A stretch of DNA of 63,861 bases from positions 1 to 63,861 of the forward strand of contig JBGTSP010000002.1 of the NCBI GenBank assembly GCA_041940205.1, given 5' to 3'. The notes below the pieces were generated by a model. That model was not told where the DNA came from. It saw nothing but the letters and a program-made list of their open reading frames with translations, and searched no databases. A program made the position numbers and the translations under genes. The DNA is from Alphaproteobacteria bacterium (GTDB lineage Bacteria; Pseudomonadota; Alphaproteobacteria; GCA-2731375). The stretch's first letter is position 1. Each line of letters starts with the position of its first letter. Of the stretch, positions 36,652-44,714 are shown in pieces.

Positions 36652-38304
36652 ATGAACAAGATCTATGGAATTGACTTGGGAACCACCTACTCTTGCATTT
36701 CCTATTACAACGAGTTTGGCCAACAGGTAGTTATCAACAATGCAGAGGGAAGTGCGACCACGCCCTCGGTAGTTTTTTTCGAAAGCGCGGACAATTCCGT
36801 CGTTGGCCAGACGGCCAAGGATGCGGCGCCGGCGCACAGCGATCGTGTGGTCGAGACCGTAAAGCGGGCGATGGGTGACGAGGAATGGCGTTTCCCGGCC
36901 TTCGGGCAGGACTATCGCCCGGAAGAGGTTTCGGCGCTGATACTGAAGAAACTGGTCAACGACGCGAGGCTCGAGACCGGTGAAGACATCACGGATGTGG
37001 TGATCACCTGTCCGGCCTATTTCGGAAATGTCCAGCGTCAGGCGACCAAGCAGGCGGGAGAGATTGCCGGCCTTACCGTTCACTACATCATCACCGAACC
37101 GACCGCGGCGGCGATCGCCTACGGCATGGATCTTGGCGAGGACAAGAACGTCCTGGTCTACGACCTCGGCGGCGGGACCTTCGATGTCACGATCATCGCC
37201 ATCGAAGGCGAGGAAATCCGGGAGGTCGCCATTGGCGGTGACGACCGGCTCGGTGGCAAGAACTGGGACAACGCCATCGTGCAGTACCTGGTGGCCGAAT
37301 TCGAGGAACAGAAGGGTCAGCCGGCGGAGGCGTTGCTTGATGACCCGGAAACTTTCAGGGAACTGATGCTAAGCGCGGAACGCGCCAAAATCGCGCTGTC
37401 GAGCCGGATGGAGACGGAGACGCCGGTCCTCTTCGACATCGTACGTGCGCGCATCAAGCTGACGCGGGAGAAATTCGAGGAGATCACCGCCGACCTTCTG
37501 GCCCGGACCATCGAATACACGAAACAGGTCATGGAGAGAGGGCGGGAGAAGGGCGTCGACAGGATCGATACGGTGTTGCTGGTCGGTGGCTCGACCACGA
37601 TGCCTCAGGTTTCGGAGCGGCTGGAGGCGGAGTTTCCGGATATCGAGATCAAACGCCAGGATCCGCATCTGATCGTCGCGAAAGGAGCTGCCATCTACGG
37701 GTTCAAGCATCAACTCGACAGCGAACTGGAAGACGTGAAAGCGCAGATCACGGCAGACGGATCGGTTGATGCCGAGGCGGCGAACGAACAGGCGCTTGAC
37801 GAGATGTCCGATCGCTACGGTATGCCCAAGGACAGCCTGGCAGCGATCACGGCCAAGAAGATCGAGACCGTCACTTCGAAGAGCTTCGGCGTGATCTTCA
37901 CCGACGACGCGACCCGACAGGACTATGTCGTCAATCTGATCGAGGTCGACGACCGACTGCCGATCAAGGTGCATCAGGATGCCCAGACGCTGGATGATGA
38001 TCAGGGCCGGGTGACCATTCGCGTCGTCGAGAACCGTCAGAAGGTCAAGGGAGGAGGGCATCGCGTCGACGTTGGCGACTGCCGGCAGCTTGGCGAGGCT
38101 GAGCTGATTTTCGAGCATGCACTGCCGAAGGATTCGCCCTTGCGGGTGACTTTCAACATTTCCACTGACGGTCTGCTGAAGATGACGGGCGAGGACCTGA
38201 CCACGCATCGTGACGTCAGAGCGGAGTTCCGAACCGACAGCGTGATGAGCGAGGAGGATGTGCAGCAGGCGAGGAGCCGCCAGTCAGGCATGACCGTCAG
38301 CTAG
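36652..38304 (+). CDS. Hsp70/DnaK-family ATPase, short (550 aa, no full C-terminal lid)
   Basis: IYGIDLGTTYSCISY (phosphate 1), VITCPAYF, ITEPTAAAIAYG, VLVYDLGGGTFDVTI (phosphate 2), and VLLVGGSTTMPQV (adenosine motif). Confidence 0.85.
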   Translation: MNKIYGIDLGTTYSCISYYNEFGQQVVINNAEGSATTPSVVFFESADNSVVGQTAKDAAPAHSDRVVETVKRAMGDEEWRFPAFGQDYRPEEVSALILKKLVNDARLETGEDITDVVITCPAYFGNVQRQATKQAGEIAGLTVHYIITEPTAAAIAYGMDLGEDKNVLVYDLGGGTFDVTIIAIEGEEIREVAIGGDDRLGGKNWDNAIVQYLVAEFEEQKGQPAEALLDDPETFRELMLSAERAKIALSSRMETETPVLFDIVRARIKLTREKFEEITADLLARTIEYTKQVMERGREKGVDRIDTVLLVGGSTTMPQVSERLEAEFPDIEIKRQDPHLIVAKGAAIYGFKHQLDSELEDVKAQITADGSVDAEAANEQALDEMSDRYGMPKDSLAAITAKKIETVTSKSFGVIFTDDATRQDYVVNLIEVDDRLPIKVHQDAQTLDDDQGRVTIRVVENRQKVKGGGHRVDVGDCRQLGEAELIFEHALPKDSPLRVTFNISTDGLLKMTGEDLTTHRDVRAEFRTDSVMSEEDVQQARSRQSGMTVS

Positions 38305-38338
38305 TTCCCGATTCGACGGGCAAGAAGGGGAGCGGCCG

Positions 38339-40450
38339 TTGAAACCGCCGGTAGGCATCGATCTGGGCACGACGAACTGTGCCGTTGCAACGGTCGATGC
38401 CTATGGACGCGGCGTCATCGTTCCCAACCGGGACGGCGCTCGGTTTACGCCGTCTGTCATTCACTTCGGCGATAGCGGAATCGAGGTCGGCGATGCCGCC
38501 AGAGAGCGGCTCGCATTCGGCGATCGGCGCACACTTGCACAATTCAAGCGGCTCATGGGCGATCGGTCGCCGCTGATCACGGCAGACGGCGTCGACCACG
38601 AGCCGACCTCCCTGTCCGCATTGCTGCTCTCCAGGCTCAAGGAAGACGCCGAACACCGGCTGGCGTGCCGGATCGACGAAGCGGTGATCACGGTGCCCGC
38701 CTATTTCAGGGAACGGGAACGAACGGCCACCATCGAAGCTGCGCACATGGCCGGGTTGAACGTCAGTCGGCTGATCAACGAACCGACGGCCGCCGCCATC
38801 GCCTACGGCCAGTCCGAGGCCCGGCCCAATGGCCACCTGTTGGTCTACGACCTTGGCGGCGGAACGTTCGACGTCACCCTGCTGGATCTGGCCGACGACA
38901 TCCGGATCCTGGGTTCGGAGGGGGATCACCAGCTTGGTGGAAAGGACTTTGATGCCGCCCTTTACTCCCTCTTGGCGCATCGTTTCGAAGACGAGCACGG
39001 CATGGAGATCGCGAGCGATTTCGAGGCCCAGATCGAACTGCTGGCCCGTGCCGAGAGCGCGAAGCATGCCCTGTCAGAGCGCCAGAGCGTGCGGGTTTCC
39101 ATGTTGGCGCACGGTATTCGCGCGGCCTATGAGATAGCTCGGGAGGCCTTCGAGGAGGCTTCGAGCGATCATCTGAACCGCACCATCGCACTGGTGGACA
39201 AGGTCCTCCTCGATCACGGCATGCAGGACAGCGATATCGATGCGGTGCTGACCGTCGGTGGAGCCTCACGCATGCCAATGGTGAGCCGGTTCCTTGCCCG
39301 GAGGTTCGGCCGCGCCCCTGTGCGTGGCATTGATGTCGACGAGGCGGTCGCGCTTGGGGCGGCGCTGGAGGCGCATCGCCTGCAGCAGTCTCGCCGGTTG
39401 ACTGTCAGCGATGGCGGACCAGGTCCGGGAACGGCCATGCGCCCGGTCGTCGATGTGACCAATCACAGCCTGGGGATGATTGCCGTCACCCCGGACGCTC
39501 TAGCCTTCGTGAATTCCGTGATCGTTCCCAAAAGCCGTTCGCTGCCCTGTCGCGAAGTGCGCCGGTTTCGTCATGAATTCAGTCCCGGTCCGCTCGAGCG
39601 GGAAGTGCTGGAGATCTTCCTTACCCAGGGTGGTTCGGACATGGCCGCGCCGGATACGGTGTCCTATCTGGGGCGATACGTGGTGGATGGTACCGAATTG
39701 AAGGCGACGGGCCCTCAAGAGGTGGATGTCGCCTACGGGTACAACGAAAACGGCACCGTCGACGTCACCGCGACACTGGTTGCGGACGGCACGAACCTTG
39801 CCCTTGTGGCTCGGCCTCTGCCGGCGGATGTACCGGATCGTTTCCTTCAGCCGCCACAAAAGATCATTTCCGGACAATCCATGACCATCTATCTGGTCTT
39901 CGACCTGTCGGGCTCGATGGACGGCGAACCTCTTGCAGAAGCCAAGCGGTCGGCGCTGGCGTTCCTGCAGCATACCGATCTGGACGGCGCACGGATCGGT
40001 TTGATCTCGGTTGCCGACCACGCCCGGATCAAGCTGAAGGCCTGCGAGAAACCGGAGCGCATCCGCCGGGCCATTGCGGCGATGGCGATCGGAGAGGTGG
40101 GCATTTCAAATTCGGCCCATCCGTTCGATGCCTTGCTTTCCGTGCTCGATGATGTCGAGGGCCCGCGATTGGCTATCGTCTTGGCCGACGGCATCTGGAG
40201 CGATCAGGCGGGAGCGATCGACCGTGCCCGTGCCTGCCATGCTGCCGGCATTGAGATCGTCGCGCTGGGTTTTGGCGAGGCGGATTCGGAATTCCTCGAG
40301 CAGATCGCTTCTCTCGAAAATGCAGCCATCTTCACCGAACTTTCCGCCCTGCAGACGACCTTCTCGACCATCGCGCAGATCATTGCCGACAGTGGCGGCA
40401 GACTGAGTTCCGGCCAGGCCCGCGCGGCGCTGCGGGCGTTGCGGCACTGA
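38339..40450 (+). CDS. Hsp70-family ATPase fused to a C-terminal von Willebrand factor A (vWA) domain
   Basis: VGIDLGTTNCAVA, VITVPAYF, INEPTAAAIAYG, LLVYDLGGGTFDVTLL and LTVGGASRMPMV. The C-terminal ~190 aa carry the MIDAS motif IYLVFDLSGSMDG plus IVLADGIWSD and AGIEIVALGFG. TTG start. Confidence 0.8.
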   Translation: MKPPVGIDLGTTNCAVATVDAYGRGVIVPNRDGARFTPSVIHFGDSGIEVGDAARERLAFGDRRTLAQFKRLMGDRSPLITADGVDHEPTSLSALLLSRLKEDAEHRLACRIDEAVITVPAYFRERERTATIEAAHMAGLNVSRLINEPTAAAIAYGQSEARPNGHLLVYDLGGGTFDVTLLDLADDIRILGSEGDHQLGGKDFDAALYSLLAHRFEDEHGMEIASDFEAQIELLARAESAKHALSERQSVRVSMLAHGIRAAYEIAREAFEEASSDHLNRTIALVDKVLLDHGMQDSDIDAVLTVGGASRMPMVSRFLARRFGRAPVRGIDVDEAVALGAALEAHRLQQSRRLTVSDGGPGPGTAMRPVVDVTNHSLGMIAVTPDALAFVNSVIVPKSRSLPCREVRRFRHEFSPGPLEREVLEIFLTQGGSDMAAPDTVSYLGRYVVDGTELKATGPQEVDVAYGYNENGTVDVTATLVADGTNLALVARPLPADVPDRFLQPPQKIISGQSMTIYLVFDLSGSMDGEPLAEAKRSALAFLQHTDLDGARIGLISVADHARIKLKACEKPERIRRAIAAMAIGEVGISNSAHPFDALLSVLDDVEGPRLAIVLADGIWSDQAGAIDRARACHAAGIEIVALGFGEADSEFLEQIASLENAAIFTELSALQTTFSTIAQIIADSGGRLSSGQARAALRALRH

Positions 40451-40462
40451 GCGTCGACGATC

Positions 40463-43400
40463 ATGGGCGAGGAAGACAATCTCTTCATTCTCCTGGATCT
40501 TGATCCAAAGTGTCGGGATCCAAGCGTTGTGCAGGACACCATCCGTTCGAAGCGGATGGCCTGGAAACGAGAGGAGAGCCAGGGCGCGAATTCGGCCGCG
40601 GCATCCGTGCGCCTTGAGAAGCTGAGACTTCTCGAGGGCAAGGCCGTTTCCGCGGAAGCGCTGACGACGGAAGCGAAGGCGGCAAGCCGGATCCTGAGAA
40701 AGAGGCGGAACGCCGCACTGAAGAAACTTGATCCGCACATTGCGCTGTTGAAGGTGCACGGGTTCTTTTCGCCCCAACAGATCGCCAATATCGAGCGTGA
40801 TCTTGACGGTGTTCTATCGCGTGAAACGATCGAGAAGCAACTGAAGAGCGCCGGTCTTCACGAAAAGAAAGAGAGAACTGAACCGGAGGAAGATCCTTGG
40901 GCGGATAGGCCAAGACTCGACCGCGCCTATGCGGACCGGATTCGCCAGCAGCTCGACGCGATCGACAAGGCCACTCTTTACGAGGCTCTGGATTTGCCAG
41001 CGTCCACGTCTTCAGGCGAACTGCTGAAACGGGCCAGCGAACTCTACCGCGAGATCCAGGACCGCGGTGATACGGGCAACCGCATTCAGGCCAGTCTGAA
41101 GGTGCTGGCGGGGCAGGCGGTCGACATCTTCGCGGATGATGACAAGAGGCGGCGATACGATCACAGCATCGCCTTTGAGATTTTCGAGGCCTTCCGGCCG
41201 CTCATCGAAACGGCCGGCGCTAAGGGATACCTGACGCGCGCGGACCACGACGCCCTGTTGCGCCAGATGACGGTAGCGGGATGCGATGCCGGTGATGCGG
41301 AGGCGTTCGTGCGCCATAGGGCTGTCAAACGGGGCTGGCACATTGAAGATGCGCAACAGCGAGACGCGCGCCAGATCGATATCTGGCGCTGTCCGTGCGG
41401 GGAGTTGCAGGTTGGAGATGAGCGCATGCAATGCCGCAGTTGCGACCGCGATCTGCATGTGTCCTGCCCGAGTTGTGGTCATAGCTGTCGTATCGACCTG
41501 CACCAGTGTCCCCGATGCGGCTTCGAAACCGGCAATCAGGTTCGACTGGAACGGCTGGTTGACCGAGCACGAAGTCTCGAGCAGTCGGACGATCTCTCCG
41601 GTGCAGCGGCGAGCTTCCGCGAGGCCTTGTCCTTGTGGCCGAATTGGCCGCCTGCCGCACAGGGTCTTTCGCGGGTCGAAGCACTTGCACAGCGGCGCAG
41701 CGAGTTTCTCGCGAAAGTCCGTGCATTGCGCAACGACAACAAACTGTTTGCAGTCGAGACACTGCTGGCTACGGAATCACGTGACGGCGGAGGAGAAGCC
41801 CTGGAGAAGCTTGCAAATCAGAACCGGAAGGATCTGGAACGCGCGCGCCAACTGCTGATCGAGGCAAGGCAGACGGCGAACAGTGGGCGTCAGGCGAAGG
41901 CCATTGCGCTTTGCCGGGATGCGTTGAGCATTGCGGGGGACTACGGGGAAGCCGCCGCGTTGATTCAACGTCTTCCCCCGCCGGCCCCGTCGCGTGTCGT
42001 TGTCGAACGCAATGGCCACGGGTTCAGGCTGCATTGGGATCCTGTCCGCTCTCATGAACGGCACACCTATCGCATAATGCGGAAGATCGGCAGTGCCATC
42101 CACAGTGGTCAGGACGGTCAGGAGATCGGCACGACGGCAATGGCGCGGTTCGACGACGGCAACGCGCCGGTGGGAGTACCCGTTTACTATGGCGTCTTTT
42201 CGGTTCGCGATGGCGTGATCTCCGGTCAGGCTGCCCTGGTGGGGCCCGTACTTCGAACTGAGAGTGTCTCGAACCTGGTCTCGGACGCGGACGCGACCTC
42301 GATCGCATTGAGATGGAAGAAACCTGCGGGCACGGTTCAGATCAAGGTCTGGCGACGCCTCAACACCGAACCCGAGGCCGCGGGAGACGGCAAACAGGTA
42401 AGAGCCGGTCTGGAGGGGGCCGTCGATCAGCCACTGCGGACCGGGAATGTCTATGGCTACCGGGTTGTTCCCTATTTTCGCGATCCCGAGGATGCAGAAG
42501 GGGTGATTGCGGGTCCGGGTGCGACGATCCTTACCAGGACACAGCAACGGCCTGAACCCGTCATGGATCTGACCCTGCAGGGCAAGACTGCCCATGTCCT
42601 CGACATTGCCTTCACCGAACCCGAGCGTGGTAACCTGCATCTCTATATGTGCGGGCGTGGGCAGGACCCCGTCGTCGGCAGACGTATGCCGGCAGTCGAT
42701 GTCGGGACAATCGGGACACGCATCGCAGATCGGGAACTGAGGGCACGAAAGGTATCGTTGACCCAGTCGGGAAGCCAACTTCTTGTGCCGGTCACCATTT
42801 TGGAAGACCAGGCCGTGATCGGCCAGGGGCTGCTGGTTCAGCATTTTGAGGCCGCCGCAAACTTTGATTGCGATCCGACGGCTGGTGGCTTCGTGTTCTA
42901 CTGGCGCTGGCCGGACGGTGCTCACGCCGCGCGTCTTTCGCTATCCAGTGACCGGATTCCGAAGAGTCCCAACGATCCGGCAGCCGAGCAACATACGATG
43001 CTGCGCAAGGGCGATCGTGCGCGCATGGAGATCGTGCGCAGCGAACCGGGCGAGTTCTTTATTCTTCTGTCCTTTGCCGCGTCGCTTTCTGGCCCGTTTC
43101 TGCCCAATCTCGGTCGTCAGATCCGGAACAGTCTGCCCATTCGCATCACCTACGAACTGGTGCTGCACACACGGCGGTTTCCGCGTGCCTTGCTAAGGGC
43201 CGCGCTGCGAGTGACCGCGGAGAACGATGTCGTTGTGCGGGGTCTGGTCGTGGTCGCGAGCGCCGACCGTATTCCGTTGCGAATCGAGGATGGAGACCGG
43301 TTGCTCCGCGTGGACGCTCTTGAACTGAAGCGGAATCGGCCCTGCGATCTCGATCTGGATGTATCGCGTCTGTCCCGGGGTCAGACGATACGACTGTTTC

Positions 43401-43465
43401 TGCATCATGCATTCGAACATGATCCGGTACGGCTGCAACAACTCGGATCGACACGCGTATCATAG
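40463..43465 (+). CDS. 1000-aa multidomain protein: J-domain-like helices (no HPD seen), Cys4 zinc ribbons, TPR-like helices, and FN3/Ig-like beta region
   Basis: LYEALDLPASTSSGELLKRASELYREIQ...DDDKRRRYD has J-domain helix I/IV character, but no HPD tripeptide occurs anywhere. WRCPCGE...CRSCDRDLHVSCPSCGH...HQCPRCG forms zinc ribbons. AASFREALSLWPNWPPAAQGL is TPR-like. FRLHWDP..., IALRWKKPAG and YGYRVVPYF are FN3-like. Confidence 0.5.
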   Translation: MGEEDNLFILLDLDPKCRDPSVVQDTIRSKRMAWKREESQGANSAAASVRLEKLRLLEGKAVSAEALTTEAKAASRILRKRRNAALKKLDPHIALLKVHGFFSPQQIANIERDLDGVLSRETIEKQLKSAGLHEKKERTEPEEDPWADRPRLDRAYADRIRQQLDAIDKATLYEALDLPASTSSGELLKRASELYREIQDRGDTGNRIQASLKVLAGQAVDIFADDDKRRRYDHSIAFEIFEAFRPLIETAGAKGYLTRADHDALLRQMTVAGCDAGDAEAFVRHRAVKRGWHIEDAQQRDARQIDIWRCPCGELQVGDERMQCRSCDRDLHVSCPSCGHSCRIDLHQCPRCGFETGNQVRLERLVDRARSLEQSDDLSGAAASFREALSLWPNWPPAAQGLSRVEALAQRRSEFLAKVRALRNDNKLFAVETLLATESRDGGGEALEKLANQNRKDLERARQLLIEARQTANSGRQAKAIALCRDALSIAGDYGEAAALIQRLPPPAPSRVVVERNGHGFRLHWDPVRSHERHTYRIMRKIGSAIHSGQDGQEIGTTAMARFDDGNAPVGVPVYYGVFSVRDGVISGQAALVGPVLRTESVSNLVSDADATSIALRWKKPAGTVQIKVWRRLNTEPEAAGDGKQVRAGLEGAVDQPLRTGNVYGYRVVPYFRDPEDAEGVIAGPGATILTRTQQRPEPVMDLTLQGKTAHVLDIAFTEPERGNLHLYMCGRGQDPVVGRRMPAVDVGTIGTRIADRELRARKVSLTQSGSQLLVPVTILEDQAVIGQGLLVQHFEAAANFDCDPTAGGFVFYWRWPDGAHAARLSLSSDRIPKSPNDPAAEQHTMLRKGDRARMEIVRSEPGEFFILLSFAASLSGPFLPNLGRQIRNSLPIRITYELVLHTRRFPRALLRAALRVTAENDVVVRGLVVVASADRIPLRIEDGDRLLRVDALELKRNRPCDLDLDVSRLSRGQTIRLFLHHAFEHDPVRLQQLGSTRVS

Positions 43466-43481
43466 GAGGCGACGGCCGATC

Positions 43482-44711
43482 ATGTTACGACATGCTGGAC
43501 GCTGGGGTCGAAAGATCAAGGGAACGCTGCGGACCTCGATGAAGAACGAGGTCTGTCCCAACTGCTTTCGCGAAATCAGGCTCGGACAGGCGCCGTTTCG
43601 GTGTATTTCCCCACCGCAAGCGTGCCGACCGGAACCGGATCCCGTGTTGTCGGAACACTGGTCGGTTGGTGTTCCGGTTGGCAGGGTGATCCCCCCGACC
43701 GGCCAATTCGAACTAACAGCAGAATGCCTGGAGTGCCATACCGCCAGTGGGCAGCGGATCTGCCCGGTGTGCCACGCCGACCTGCCAAGAACGATCGGCG
43801 AGTATGACAACTTTGTCATTGCGATCGTCGGTCTGAAGGAAGTGGGAAAATCGAACTTCATCACCGTACTGATCGAAACGTTGCGTCAGGATGGTAGAAG
43901 ACAGTTTGGACTACTTGTCTCTGCCGAAAACGAATATACTCAGAATAGATTTGAGAACGAGTTTCGCAAACCATTGTATGATCAAATGCAATCACTCGAT
44001 GTAACGCAAACAGCGTTTATAAATAAAGATATTAAAAGACCTCTTGTTTTCAATATACGAAATGTAGATTCGAATAGTGGTATTGCATTAAGAAAGAACA
44101 GATTTTCAACTCTTTCCTTTTTTGATTCCGCGGGTGAAGATCTTGAATCCGAAGCGACAATGTCAGCCGTCAATCGTTACATATTCAAGGCGGATGGTAT
44201 TGTCCTGTTGATCGATCCGCTGCAATTTCCTCTCATGCGGCGTGAGCTGGAAGACAAGATCCGCCTGCCCGAACCCTCGGCGCCGGTTGATAAACTTGTA
44301 AACAGCATCGCCCGCTTGGTCCGTCAGGGCCAGGAGTTGAGCGAGAAGACCCGGATCGAAACGCCGATCGCTGCAACTCTCTCCAAGACTGATGTGCTGG
44401 AAGGACTGCATCGGATCATTGATCCCGGTACACCAATGCTGCAGGCCTCAGATCATTCAAAAGGTTTCGACCGGCAGGATTTCGAGAACGTCAGTGCCGA
44501 TGTGGAAGAATTGATCGGCCGGCTTGGCGGTCATCCGTTGGTCAATGAACTTCATGCGAACTTCAGGCATGTCGGCTTCTTTGCCTCCTCGTCGTTCGGC
44601 GCGCCCCCCGACGAAAACATGAACATCCAGCGTCTTTCACCCCGGCGAGTGGTGGACCCGTTCATCTGGCTCATGACCCAAAAGGGCATTTTGTCGAACA
44701 AGGGGCCGTAG
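43482..44711 (+). CDS. double Zn-ribbon plus P-loop GTPase (paralogue B)
   Basis: CPNCF...C and CLECH...CPVCH ribbons. G1 IAIVGLKEVGKSNFI, G3 FFDSAGED, G4-like ATLSKTD. AGGAGG lies 12 nt before the ATG at 43482. The G1-to-G3 segment is AT-rich. Confidence 0.7.
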   Translation: MLRHAGRWGRKIKGTLRTSMKNEVCPNCFREIRLGQAPFRCISPPQACRPEPDPVLSEHWSVGVPVGRVIPPTGQFELTAECLECHTASGQRICPVCHADLPRTIGEYDNFVIAIVGLKEVGKSNFITVLIETLRQDGRRQFGLLVSAENEYTQNRFENEFRKPLYDQMQSLDVTQTAFINKDIKRPLVFNIRNVDSNSGIALRKNRFSTLSFFDSAGEDLESEATMSAVNRYIFKADGIVLLIDPLQFPLMRRELEDKIRLPEPSAPVDKLVNSIARLVRQGQELSEKTRIETPIAATLSKTDVLEGLHRIIDPGTPMLQASDHSKGFDRQDFENVSADVEELIGRLGGHPLVNELHANFRHVGFFASSSFGAPPDENMNIQRLSPRRVVDPFIWLMTQKGILSNKGP

Positions 44712-44714
44712 AAA

